From the NCBI GenBank assembly GCA_028691595.1, contig JAQUZA010000002.1, positions 1-38,425 of the forward strand: 38,425 bases of DNA, read 5' to 3'. Shown piece after piece: positions 1-8,822 of this stretch. The DNA is from Candidatus Rifleibacteriota bacterium. GTDB lineage: Bacteria; Muiribacteriota; Ozemobacteria; Ozemobacterales; Ozemobacteraceae. Position numbers and translations under genes: made by a program. Every line of letters begins with the position of its first letter. The first letter of the stretch is position 1. A model generated the notes under the pieces. It did no database searches. It saw only the letters and a list, made by a program, of their open reading frames with translations, and was not told where the DNA came from.

Positions 1-1
1 G

Positions 2-928
2 ATTCTCTCTGTTGAAGCCGCTGAAGTAGTTTTTGCCGGAAACCGGGATGGTCAGTTCGATCTTTTTAAAGCTGACCTGAAAACCTCTGAGATTAAACAG
101 CTGACAGAAACTGCCGCAGACGAAACTATGCCTGCTGTATCATCTGATGGTGCGAGTATTGCTTTTGTGTCAAACCGTGGCGGAGCAGATTCTCTCTATC
201 GATTGAACCTTGTGGGCAATGCTTCGGAAGTTGAAGATATAAGTGCCGGTATGGGTGCTTATGCCTACCCGGCCTACGCACAAGACGGCAGCAAAATCGC
301 GGTAAGATATGCGCCAGACCCCCAGAGCGTGATGCTCGATACCCAGATTGTATTGCTTGACCCGAAAACCAGGCAACAGCAAGTTCTGATCGACAGCAAA
401 AAGCTCAAAACCAGCGAAAATTCAGAAACGACTGTTGTGGTCGACCGCCCGGTCTGGGTATCTGAAAACCTTATCGCCTACCTGATTGCAGAATATTCAG
501 ACCCCGAAGCGGGTCGCCTGACAAAATCAACGATCTATATGTACGACCTCAAAAAACAGGAACAGGTGCGCGTTGCTGGCGGCGAAAGCTATTTTAATGC
601 CGACGGCAGCCCCATGGGTTTTAGAGCAGCAATGCCAACAGTTTTTTCCGGGGTTGATGACCGCCGCCTTCTCGTTTTTACTGCTATTCGCGGCGGTACT
701 GACCGTGAACCGATGAAGATCGCCATCTCTGGCGGGGAAAAGGGTAGCATTGGTCTCGATGACCCTGATTTTTTCGGGCCGTTGATGCTTGTCGATGACC
801 TTTGGGTTTATGGTTTCATGGATGAAGAAAGCAACACAGGTCTTGCCTGGCGCGCTGTTGATCTCAAAACCCCCAGAAACCTGCTGCAGTTCAACGGTAG
901 AATCATCACTCCAGCGGTTTTGCGCTGA
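2..928 (+). CDS. TolB-like periplasmic beta-propeller protein (PD40/WD40-like repeats), 5' end outside window
   Basis: The frame of listed ORF 128..928 stays open back to base 2 (ILSVEAAEVVFAGNRDGQFDLFKADLKTSEIKQLTETAADET precedes the listed Met). PD40-type strings recur: FAGNRDGQFDLF, SSDGASIAFVSNRGGADSLYRL, AQDGSKIAVRY. Confidence 0.65.
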   Translation: MLSVEAAEVVFAGNRDGQFDLFKADLKTSEIKQLTETAADETMPAVSSDGASIAFVSNRGGADSLYRLNLVGNASEVEDISAGMGAYAYPAYAQDGSKIAVRYAPDPQSVMLDTQIVLLDPKTRQQQVLIDSKKLKTSENSETTVVVDRPVWVSENLIAYLIAEYSDPEAGRLTKSTIYMYDLKKQEQVRVAGGESYFNADGSPMGFRAAMPTVFSGVDDRRLLVFTAIRGGTDREPMKIAISGGEKGSIGLDDPDFFGPLMLVDDLWVYGFMDEESNTGLAWRAVDLKTPRNLLQFNGRIITPAVLR

Positions 929-933
929 GCTGA

Positions 934-2631
934 ATGGACTATTTTACCCTTCGTAGACATGTCGCCGAGCTTGCCAAAGCTCTGGAAGACAAGCCGGTGC
1001 TGGCTCGGGCAACCGATGTGCCGGGCCGGAGTTTTTCTCTGCGCCTGAAGCGCCGTGATGGCTGGAATGATCTTGTGATCAGTCTTGATAACCCGGGGCA
1101 GGGGTTGCGCCTGACCGTAGATTGCCCTGAATCTGAGCGTTCCTCATCGCTGGTTCGCACCATGAATCGACTGCTTACCAATGGTCGTCTGGCCGGAATC
1201 ACTCTTGCAGGAAATGAGGCCGATGGCCAGTATGACCGCGTTGTCAGACTTCATTTTGTCGTTGTCGACAGCTTCTTTGGCAATCGCAGCGATTTCTATC
1301 TTTTTGGCGAATTCACCGGCCGGGTCGCTGATGTTTTTATCTGCGATGCAGATATGAAAATACTTGACCGCTTTGCCCGAACTTCCAACAACCTTATCGG
1401 TGGTGTTTATCGACTTCCTGAATCGCAGCCGTTGTTGAATCCGGGCACGATTGACGGCTGTTCGGCCAGTCGTATTCTGGCCGCACCGCCCGAAGAATGG
1501 AAAAACCAGATCGGCGGGTTGTCGCCTCAGTTCGCTTCTGAGCTCGCTTTTAGAGCCGTTGGGCTTGAAGACCGACCGGTAAAGTTTGCTGAACTATACA
1601 CAGAGAGCTGTTCTAATCAGCTAATCAGTGTTTATCTGAAAAATGGCAGATTCAAAACGCTTTCGTGTTTTCGGCTCAGCTACCTTTCTGAAAAACCAGA
1701 TTTTGAGTTTGCCTCTGTTAATGAGGCCATGAACTGGCTCGAAGATTTTCAGGCCGGGCCCCATAGATTCAATGAAGCAAAAAAACGTGTTTTATCGGCA
1801 TTGCACAGTGACCTGAAACAAAAAAACAGTTTGATTGAAGATCAACAGGCATTGCTGCAGAAATTTTCAGGTGCTGATCATTTCCAGAAACTGGGTAATC
1901 TTCTGGTGGCCAGTCTGTATCGGGTTAAGCCCGGCAGCAGAACGGTTGAAGTCGAAGACTGGCAGACCGGTGAAAACCTAACCATCGAGCTCGATACCTC
2001 AAAAACACCCGCAGCAAATGCCACCCGCTTTTTTAATCTCTATAAAAAGGCTCGACGGGGCATAATTGAAGTGGAAAAGCGCATCGAGGCCCTTAAGGGC
2101 GAAATAGACTGGTTGCGCGAGCAGATATGGCTGGCAGAAAATGCTACCGCCGAATCAGACCTGCCATTTGAAGAAAAAAAAGCGAATCATTATCGCAGCA
2201 CACCAAAAAACAAAAAAGAGCAGAATTCGGCGCGCAAAGGCCGCATCAGCGGGGTTAAACCCGCGTTCGAGATCGAAGGCTGCCGGTTCTATGTCGGTCG
2301 CAATGCAAAACAGAATGATTTGCTGACTTTTCAGGTTGCCAGGCGGGGTGACTGGTGGTTTCACGCCAATGATGTGCCAGGCGCTCACGTTATTCTCAAA
2401 AAACCAGAAGGGGAAATCAACGAAAATGACCTGTGGGCCGGCGCGGTTCTGGCATCATGGTTCAGTTTCGCCAGAGAAAGCAGCAAGGTTGCCGTCGATG
2501 CCACAGAGGTTTCTCATGTTAAAAGAATCCCGGGTGGTATGCCCGGAAGGGTTTCTTATACTCACCAGCAAACCATTATGGTTAACCCGGGTGATGCTCT
2601 GCCCTGGGTCAGCAAAAATCTTTCAAAATAA
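934..2631 (+). CDS. rqcH: NFACT-family ribosome quality control protein (RqcH / FbpA-like, Rqc2-NEMF homologue)
   Basis: 565-aa ORF. The C-terminal block GCRFYVGRNAKQNDLLTFQVARRGDWWFHANDVPGAHVILKKP is the NFACT-R (DUF814) signature. It is preceded by a coiled-coil stretch (RFFNLYKKARRGIIEVEKRIEALKGEIDWLREQ), as in RqcH/FbpA proteins. Confidence 0.8.
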   Translation: MDYFTLRRHVAELAKALEDKPVLARATDVPGRSFSLRLKRRDGWNDLVISLDNPGQGLRLTVDCPESERSSSLVRTMNRLLTNGRLAGITLAGNEADGQYDRVVRLHFVVVDSFFGNRSDFYLFGEFTGRVADVFICDADMKILDRFARTSNNLIGGVYRLPESQPLLNPGTIDGCSASRILAAPPEEWKNQIGGLSPQFASELAFRAVGLEDRPVKFAELYTESCSNQLISVYLKNGRFKTLSCFRLSYLSEKPDFEFASVNEAMNWLEDFQAGPHRFNEAKKRVLSALHSDLKQKNSLIEDQQALLQKFSGADHFQKLGNLLVASLYRVKPGSRTVEVEDWQTGENLTIELDTSKTPAANATRFFNLYKKARRGIIEVEKRIEALKGEIDWLREQIWLAENATAESDLPFEEKKANHYRSTPKNKKEQNSARKGRISGVKPAFEIEGCRFYVGRNAKQNDLLTFQVARRGDWWFHANDVPGAHVILKKPEGEINENDLWAGAVLASWFSFARESSKVAVDATEVSHVKRIPGGMPGRVSYTHQQTIMVNPGDALPWVSKNLSK

Positions 2632-2776
2632 ATCCCCATATAAAAAAACTTCGCCAGGGCGCAGATAGAAGACGGGATTATTTAGCCGAGACGGCATGCT
2701 GAAGCTTGAGTCTTTAATGAATTGCCCGGTATTGATGGCGGGCATCATGGCAGAGTTTAATATGTGTTCTTCTTTA

Positions 2777-2798
2777 TGAAAAACGCGAGCTAACTCGC
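2777..2798 (-). terminator. Weak intrinsic terminator candidate downstream of the Rrf2 gene
   Basis: On the minus strand, GCGAG-TTAG-CTCGC (plus coordinates 2785-2798) is followed by GTTTTTCAT. The stem is only 5 bp. Confidence 0.35.
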
Positions 2799-2822
2799 TT
2801 CAGATAGCTCAAAAAAGCTGTT

Positions 2823-3215
2823 TCAGAGTTCCGAAAATTTTATGCTGGCAAATTCGGCGTGAACTTTTTCCTGCAAAAGTTTCAGGCGTTTACAGACGGT
2901 GCATGTTGCAGATCTTGAACAGGCACTGTCTGATTCACAGCAGATGTTGATCTGACAGGAGCGCTCGTCGAATATTTTCAGAACATCGAGCAGGGTAAGT
3001 TTGTCTGGGTCTATTTTTAAAAAAATCCCACCCTGTTTGCCGCGTGTTGCCCCAACAAGGCCTGACTCAACAAGTTGATGCGAAATTTTGCGAAGAAAAC
3101 GGTAGGGAATCTCAGCCTTTTCACTTATTTCTGTCGTGGTAATCGGGGCTTTTCCGTAGTGCCGTGAAAGATAAACAATTGTTCTGATGGCGTAATCAGC
3201 TTCTCTGGTGATCAT
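2823..3215 (-). CDS. Rrf2-family transcriptional regulator, probable Fe-S cluster-binding type
   Basis: Listed ORF 2823..3350 is trimmed to the ATG at 3213-3215, so the protein begins MITREADYAIRTIVYLSRHYG, the canonical Rrf2 N-terminus. Winged-helix block ISEKAEIPYRFLRKISHQLVESGLVGATRGKQGG. The C-terminal CESDSACSRSATC has the C-x5-C-x5-C spacing used by IscR-type members. Confidence 0.85.
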   Translation of the reverse strand: MITREADYAIRTIVYLSRHYGKAPITTTEISEKAEIPYRFLRKISHQLVESGLVGATRGKQGGIFLKIDPDKLTLLDVLKIFDERSCQINICCESDSACSRSATCTVCKRLKLLQEKVHAEFASIKFSEL

Positions 3216-3290
3216 AAGGTTGCCCCGAAGTTTAAATAATGCTATAAAAACAGTAGCAAATCGTGAATCAGAAGTCAAGCCAGGGTTTAA

Positions 3291-3319
3291 TTGACAGGGC
3301 GCTGGCCGTGCATTAGAAT
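3291..3319 (+). promoter_or_regulatory. Sigma-70-type promoter for the DnaB-like/TPR/HEAT operon
   Basis: TTGACA (3291-3296), exact 17-nt spacer, TAGAAT (3314-3319), about 25 nt upstream of the GTG start. A TTGACT-17-TACTGT candidate on the opposite strand (3250-3278) could serve the Rrf2 gene. Confidence 0.5.
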
Positions 3320-3343
3320 AGTCGTCTGTATCCGGAGGTTCAA

Positions 3344-4897
3344 GTGCCAAAAAAAAATCCAGTAAAACAAGCTGATGTCAGTTCAAATCTGGTCGAATAC
3401 CTGCGCGAGGTTTCTCTCGATGAAGAGCGCATTTTGTCTAACCTGGCCTTTGAGTCAGTTGTTATCGGCCGTCAGCTTATAGAAAATCATTTCACCATAA
3501 ATGACTTTCAGGGAGCAGAGCCAAATAGAGCCCTGCTTGGCACCATGCTCGAAATTCTTGAAGACCAGGAAACTCTTAACCTGCCAAATCTGATTGCCAG
3601 ATTGACCAACCAGAATCAGGGAAAAAAGACGCGGCTTGAGATTGTTGGCGGCGAAGAAAGAGTCAGAGATCTCTTTATTTCCCCCTTTTCCCGCCCCGGG
3701 GTAACAATGCTCGATGACATCGAGCCGGTAATCGAAAGAATTCGCGACCGAAATACCAGAGCTGAAGCTCATAAAATAATGGTGCAGTTTTCTGAGCGCA
3801 TTATTCACGGCGATAAAGACGCTTTTGAAGTTCTCGGCAACTGCATTCAGTCGCTTCGAAGTTTGTTTCTTAAAGGCAGCGCAGGTTACATAAGAAGTCT
3901 TGATTCTCATATCGCCGAAATGCAGGAACTCGTTGACGACCATCGCGCCAGAAAACGCAGTTACCTGGGCCTGCAGACAAACTTCCCGATCCTCATGGAG
4001 AAACTGAACGGCTTTCAGAAAGAATTTTATCTGATTACCGGCGGGGTGGGCATGGGAAAATCAACCTTCGCAACTCAGCTTGCCTGGGATCTGGTATGCC
4101 TGAACCCTGATCTGACAGTGCTGTATTTCAGCCTCGATCTTAACCGTCTCGATACTACCGCAAAAATTATCTCTCAGGCGGTCGAGCTGCCCATCGACTA
4201 TGTGAAGAACCCTTATAGTGCTCGCCCGGATTTCGAAGAAAAGCGTGAGCTGGGTTTGAAAACCGTTGCCGATATGAGCAGTCGCCTTATTCTCATCGAC
4301 GAATCCAGTGGTCGGCAGTTCATAGATGACATAAAAAAACATGTGAAGCGAACTCGTCTCGAGCGGGGTGGGGATGTAGCGGTTGTCATCGATCCGTTGT
4401 TCAAGATTCTATTGCGTAACCAGTCGCAGATGAGTTTTAATGAAAGGTGTAATCTGCTTGCCTCAGAGCTGAAAAGCCTTGCTGCTGTTGAAGGTGTTAC
4501 GGTGATTGCTACCGCTGGCCTTCCTAAGGCGATCAGCAGTCGTCGCCCGGTAAAAGAAGATCTCGAAGAAATAATGGGGTTGCTCTATGACCCCTATGCT
4601 GTTTTCTTTCTATATTGCGATTATCTCAACAACTTTGATACGCCCTTTCTCGAATGGGAATGGGGCAAGGAAGACAGTTTCATGATTCCGATTACCGAGG
4701 CGTTTATCGCCAAAAATAAGATGGGAAGCACCAATTCACGTATTTTTTATCGATATTTTGAGGCTTATTCCAAGTTCAAAGAATGTGCGCCCCAGGAAGT
4801 CGAAAATTACTCGGCGATGATCGATAATCTCGAAAGATTCAAAGAGCAGCAGAACAACAATGCTGCCAAACGCGCCAACCGCCAGGAGGAATTCTGA
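3344..4897 (+). CDS. Divergent DnaB-family (replicative-helicase-like) RecA-fold ATPase
   Basis: 517 aa. GTG start preceded by GGAGG (3334-3338). DnaB-type N-terminal domain (EERILSNLAFESVVIGRQLIEN...), GLQTNFPILMEKLNGF, Walker A ITGGVGMGKSTFATQLA, SLDL in place of SLEM, Walker B VVIDPLFKIL, C-terminal RRPVKEDLEE...VFFLYCD. Confidence 0.75.
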   Translation: MPKKNPVKQADVSSNLVEYLREVSLDEERILSNLAFESVVIGRQLIENHFTINDFQGAEPNRALLGTMLEILEDQETLNLPNLIARLTNQNQGKKTRLEIVGGEERVRDLFISPFSRPGVTMLDDIEPVIERIRDRNTRAEAHKIMVQFSERIIHGDKDAFEVLGNCIQSLRSLFLKGSAGYIRSLDSHIAEMQELVDDHRARKRSYLGLQTNFPILMEKLNGFQKEFYLITGGVGMGKSTFATQLAWDLVCLNPDLTVLYFSLDLNRLDTTAKIISQAVELPIDYVKNPYSARPDFEEKRELGLKTVADMSSRLILIDESSGRQFIDDIKKHVKRTRLERGGDVAVVIDPLFKILLRNQSQMSFNERCNLLASELKSLAAVEGVTVIATAGLPKAISSRRPVKEDLEEIMGLLYDPYAVFFLYCDYLNNFDTPFLEWEWGKEDSFMIPITEAFIAKNKMGSTNSRIFYRYFEAYSKFKECAPQEVENYSAMIDNLERFKEQQNNNAAKRANRQEEF

Positions 4898-6783
4898 TGG
4901 AAGCTGCACTGGAGCTGTTTCAAAAGGGTGTGGATCTTCAGCAGCGCGGTCTTTTTGATCATGCCATTGAAGAATACGAAAAAGCTCTGAAGCTTGAGCC
5001 CGACAATATAGATGTTCTGGTAAATCTTGGTGCAGCCTGTCTGCAAAAAGGTATGTCGGAACGCGCTGTTAAAATACTGACCCTGGCCCTGAACAAAGAC
5101 CCGGAAAACAGTCTGGTGCTCTATAATCTCGGCAAAGCGTTCATCTACCGCGAAGAATATGAAACGGCTCTGTCGACTTTTCAGAAGGCATTAGATATTT
5201 TACCCGGTGATAATGATATCAAAAAACTGATATCAAAATGTCTGCGCTTGATGGGCAGATATCGTGATTCAGTAGAGATAATGCTGGGTTTGATTGATGT
5301 TATTGCCACTGATTCGGTTGCTCTGCTTGAACTTGCCGGTGATTTGAAAATGCTTGAGCGCTTCGATGAAGCTCTCGATGTTTTCAGACGTGCCTCTTCG
5401 GTGGCCTGCGATTCTGTTGAGCCTCTGAGGGGTATCTATGAATGTCAGCTGCGCCTTGGTAACCGTGAAAAAGCGATGACGGCGCTTAAGCGGGCAATTA
5501 TGATCGAACCTTTCAATCAGCCGCTTCTGGTTAATCTTGCCGATTTATTTCTTGCTGATGGTCGTATCCAGGAAGCCGTAGATGTGATAAGCCGTGGCAT
5601 GGAAACGGTTAAAGACCCGCGTCTTCTCCAGGAAAAATACAACGAAATGGCCCGCCGGCTTCCGGTTTTAAAGAAAAAAGCGGCTGCCACTATGATGGCC
5701 GTAAGGCAGAGCCCGTTTGAGACTGAGGTTTATGACGTTCTTGATGCTCTTTACGATGGCAGGGTCGGGCTCGATGTGGCTGTTAAAGAGCTCGAAGCTC
5801 TAAGATCCAGAGAGCCGTCCGATATTCTTATCGCCGATGAGCTCGCCAATCTTCTTTTTCAGGCCCGTCAGTTCGACCGGGCGGCGGAAATTTATTCTGA
5901 GCTTTATCTTGGCCGACCGCGCGAGACCTCACATCGCGTCAGTCTTGCCAGGTCGCTGGCTATGAAGGGCGATGTCGAGGCAGCTCGCACCATTCTCAAA
6001 GATTCGGTGCGCGACCTGGGGCATGTTGCCGAGCTAGATCTGGCTCTGGCCGAGCTTGATCTTTTCGAAAAAGAATTTTTGCGTGCTGCCGGTCGTCTTG
6101 AGATTATTTTAAAAGAGCATCCTGGCGAAATGCATGCATTGTTTCTCTATGCTTATACCGCTCTGCGTCTTGACGAACTCGAGTTAGCCGAGAAGACTTT
6201 TCATCAGTTGTTCGAAAAAAATGCCGCCGATGAAGAGCTGGCGGTATGGTATGCAAGGCTCTCGATTCTTCAGGGCAACCCTGAACGCGCCCTGAAAATC
6301 TGGGAAGGCTTCTCTGATGGCATGGAAAGTCTGGTCGAAATCATTTCCAAGGTTGAACTGACCCTCTTTGCCGGCGACAGTAAGGGGATTATGAAGCATC
6401 TGCATAAGATAGGGGATTACCACCCGCGTTTTATTGAAGATCATCTGTTGTTCGGTAAAGCATTCTTTTTTGCCGGTGATTTTGCTGCCGCTCAGCGCGA
6501 ATTTGACCTGGTGTTGAGGCTCGAGTCTCGTAACGCCGAGGCTTTGGCCATGTCGGCAATGACTTTTCTGATTCGCAATAAAAGTGCAAAATTCTGGAAC
6601 TACTGGCAGCGTGCTATCGAGTGTGACTCGATATACGCTGTATTGCCGGCTCTGATTCTTAAAAACAGTATTAATTTCTCACAGAAAGAACGCCTGAAGA
6701 CCGAGACCAGAAAGCTGATTGAAATAGCTTCTATCAGTGATGCCGACCGGTCGAGGTTGAAGCGACTTCTGCAAAGCCTGTAA
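4897..6783 (+). CDS. Tetratricopeptide (TPR) repeat protein
   Basis: 628 aa with many 34-residue TPR-like units (AIEEYEKALKLEPDNIDVLVNLGAACLQKG, AVKILTLALNKDPENSLVLYNLGKAF, etc.). The ATG at 4897 overlaps the upstream TGA (TGATG), and AGGAGGA lies at 4884-4890. Confidence 0.8.
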   Translation: MEAALELFQKGVDLQQRGLFDHAIEEYEKALKLEPDNIDVLVNLGAACLQKGMSERAVKILTLALNKDPENSLVLYNLGKAFIYREEYETALSTFQKALDILPGDNDIKKLISKCLRLMGRYRDSVEIMLGLIDVIATDSVALLELAGDLKMLERFDEALDVFRRASSVACDSVEPLRGIYECQLRLGNREKAMTALKRAIMIEPFNQPLLVNLADLFLADGRIQEAVDVISRGMETVKDPRLLQEKYNEMARRLPVLKKKAAATMMAVRQSPFETEVYDVLDALYDGRVGLDVAVKELEALRSREPSDILIADELANLLFQARQFDRAAEIYSELYLGRPRETSHRVSLARSLAMKGDVEAARTILKDSVRDLGHVAELDLALAELDLFEKEFLRAAGRLEIILKEHPGEMHALFLYAYTALRLDELELAEKTFHQLFEKNAADEELAVWYARLSILQGNPERALKIWEGFSDGMESLVEIISKVELTLFAGDSKGIMKHLHKIGDYHPRFIEDHLLFGKAFFFAGDFAAAQREFDLVLRLESRNAEALAMSAMTFLIRNKSAKFWNYWQRAIECDSIYAVLPALILKNSINFSQKERLKTETRKLIEIASISDADRSRLKRLLQSL

Positions 6784-6787
6784 AACA

Positions 6788-8188
6788 ATGAAAAAGAAAA
6801 AAAATAATTTGAAAAAAATCTCAAGGGACGTCTCCCGCTTACGAGAAGCGGTAATGAATCTTCAGAAGGTTCCCGGGCAAAAACTGAATGATGCCGTGTG
6901 CGATATTATCGATGCCGGTGGCTTTTCGGTGGCTGTCCTTCTCGAAAAACTGCCTGAAATGCCACTGAATATTCAGCAGCACATTGTGAAGAAGATTGAA
7001 GATTTTTTCTACTTTCACCCCGAAAATGGGGCAAAGCTTCTTAAGCGATTGAAAAAAGCTCTGGATCTCGTTGATCACAGTTGTCGCGCTGGTATTCTTT
7101 CGGCAATGGCAGATATCTCTGAAAGGGTCGAAGAAAATGACCTTATTATAAGTGGGGTGGGTGCTCATGCCCTGACTGTTCTTGAGTCCGATGCCGACTT
7201 TGGCAGGCAGACCAAGGCGATAGAGGTCGTGGTTAAGGCTGCAGAATATTCCTCAATTCCTATTATCATAAAACTGATGATAAGGGCGGCCGCGGGTGTT
7301 GATAATTTTCAGAACTATCAATTTATAGAAACATCTCTGCTGGCCCTTAAGAAGCTTGGGGGCGAGTCTCTCATCAGGCTCCTTGTGAACCCGTCTTCAG
7401 AGGCTGCAACCAGACTTCTGCGACTTGAATGGCGCCGTATGCCCGAAAATCTGCTCAATGAGACTTTTATTGTTTTGCAACGTCTCGATACGGATTTTGC
7501 TCAGTTAATGCTGAAAGTGATCGATCTCTCAGACTTCAATCTGCCCTTCATCGCCATGATCAACGAGGGCGTTACCCATAACGATAAGTGGGTTCGTCAG
7601 ACGGCGGTGGCTGCGATGCAGAAGGCCTCTGAAGCCCTTAACCCTGAGGAGCTTTCCAGATTGCTCAATGACAGCGCCGGCGAGGTTCGTCTAATGGCAG
7701 CTACTTCTCTGGGCGGTTTTGCTGCTGGCCAGACAGGCGATATTCTTGAAGAGCTGGCTTCACGGCAGGGTGAATCGCGTGAGATTCGCCTGAATGCTCT
7801 ATATGCGCTGTTTGCCCAGAAAAACCTGGCGGCGCTGCAAAACCTGGCTGTGCAGCCTGACAGTCTTCAGATAGCCATAAACGCCCAGGGGTTGGCTTCG
7901 CTGCTGATGCCTCACGAAGAGGGCATGAAGAGCATGCTTGCCGCCTATTGTCTTGCAAAAGCAGAACTCTCTGGAGATGCCGGTCACTATTTGATGGAGC
8001 TTGCTGAGCCAGAAGACCTCGGAATGCTGATCAAATACCACGCGGCTGGCAACACCACTCAGCGGGAGCGATTAATCGAGTTTATTAGACAGTTTATTGA
8101 TAAAAAAGCCGGCCCAAGACTGGATTTAGCCCTTAAAAAGCTGGCCGAACCCGAGCAAAAAGCCCTGAGATTGTTGATGCCAGCCTGA
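6788..8188 (+). CDS. HEAT / PBS-lyase-like repeat protein
   Basis: 466 aa. All-helical repeats such as NDKWVRQTAVAAMQKA, NDSAGEVRLMAATSLGG and ESREIRLNALYALF. It starts 4 nt after the TPR stop, so it is likely co-transcribed. Confidence 0.7.
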   Translation: MKKKKNNLKKISRDVSRLREAVMNLQKVPGQKLNDAVCDIIDAGGFSVAVLLEKLPEMPLNIQQHIVKKIEDFFYFHPENGAKLLKRLKKALDLVDHSCRAGILSAMADISERVEENDLIISGVGAHALTVLESDADFGRQTKAIEVVVKAAEYSSIPIIIKLMIRAAAGVDNFQNYQFIETSLLALKKLGGESLIRLLVNPSSEAATRLLRLEWRRMPENLLNETFIVLQRLDTDFAQLMLKVIDLSDFNLPFIAMINEGVTHNDKWVRQTAVAAMQKASEALNPEELSRLLNDSAGEVRLMAATSLGGFAAGQTGDILEELASRQGESREIRLNALYALFAQKNLAALQNLAVQPDSLQIAINAQGLASLLMPHEEGMKSMLAAYCLAKAELSGDAGHYLMELAEPEDLGMLIKYHAAGNTTQRERLIEFIRQFIDKKAGPRLDLALKKLAEPEQKALRLLMPA

Positions 8189-8210
8189 TAACTCATTTTT
8201 AAGAGTTTAC

Positions 8211-8267
8211 AAAACAAAACCGCCCGCAGAGCCTTTTTAAAAAAAGCTTTGCGGGCGGTTTTGTTTT
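8211..8267. terminator. Strong bidirectional intrinsic terminator after the HEAT gene
   Basis: AAAACAAAACCGCCCGCAGAGC (8211-8232) pairs with GCTTTGCGGGCGGTTTTGTTTT (8246-8267) with one mismatch. GC core flanked by A/T runs on both sides. Confidence 0.75.
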
Positions 8268-8337
8268 ATCACACTTATTTATCAATATTCTGAAATGAGG
8301 GTGCAAGGCCCGCATAATATCGCGATCTTGACAGTTT

Positions 8338-8360
8338 AAGCCACCGCGGGCTTTTTTTTT
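8338..8360 (+). terminator. Hairpin plus T9 tract with no upstream ORF (orphan terminator candidate)
   Basis: AAGCC-ACCGCG-GGCTT followed by a run of nine T (8352-8360). Alternatively GCCCGC (8308-8313) pairs with GCGGGC (8346-8351). Confidence 0.35.
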
Positions 8361-8648
8361 GCCTTGGGTTTTGCTGCAGAAAAGTCTTAAGCGTGACTTA
8401 AATGCGATTTTGTTGGCCCAATTGCCTCTTTTTATGCCTGTTTTAAGGGCATCGTTGCTGGCTTTTGCCTGTTTGCCTGCCCCGGATCGCAATTTCCAGC
8501 CAGGCATCCGATATTACTCGCCACCAGCTGATTCCCCGCCATTGCCAGTAATCGATGAAGGCGGGTTTTCCGGTGCTGTTTCCGGGCAGGAAAAAAAGTG
8601 CGCTGAACAACAGCAGCGGGCGATAGTTTTATGTAATAATCATGAAAT

Positions 8649-8822
8649 TGATAAAATAACCTAGGTTTGTTGCTAAAAATGATAAAAATATCATAAAATA
8701 ATTCATAAGCTGGGTTTAAAAATTTAAAGATGATAATATTATCAAGAAAAGGTTTTGAAAAAATGGCGACGCTGGCTTTTCTTGAAATTGGGCGTAATTA
8801 ATTATCTAAAAAATGATAAAAT
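8649..8822. repeat. AT-rich island with four TGATAA-type motifs, two of them 14-bp palindromes
   Basis: TGATAAAAT at 8649-8657 and 8814-8822; TGATAAAAATATCA at 8680-8693; perfect palindrome TGATAATATTATCA at 8731-8744. Confidence 0.4.

Noticed and set aside
3216-3350. 45-codon N-terminal extension of the Rrf2 ORF as listed (start at 3350)
   Set aside because: The extension would overlap the DnaB-like start and the TTGACA/TAGAAT promoter. It has no counterpart in Rrf2 proteins, which begin with the MxLTxxxDYALR-type helix seen at the internal ATG.
8199-8507. 102-aa, very basic minus-strand ORF in the long spacer
   Set aside because: It reads through the 22-bp bidirectional terminator hairpin, has no RBS, and its Lys/Arg-rich composition looks like translated A/T- and GC-stem sequence.
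8571-8620. GGTGCTGTTTCCGGGCAGG, reminiscent of the 5' half of the 4.5S/SRP RNA domain IV
   Set aside because: The conserved GGAAGGAAGCAGC-type partner motif is absent, and no long closing helix could be drawn.
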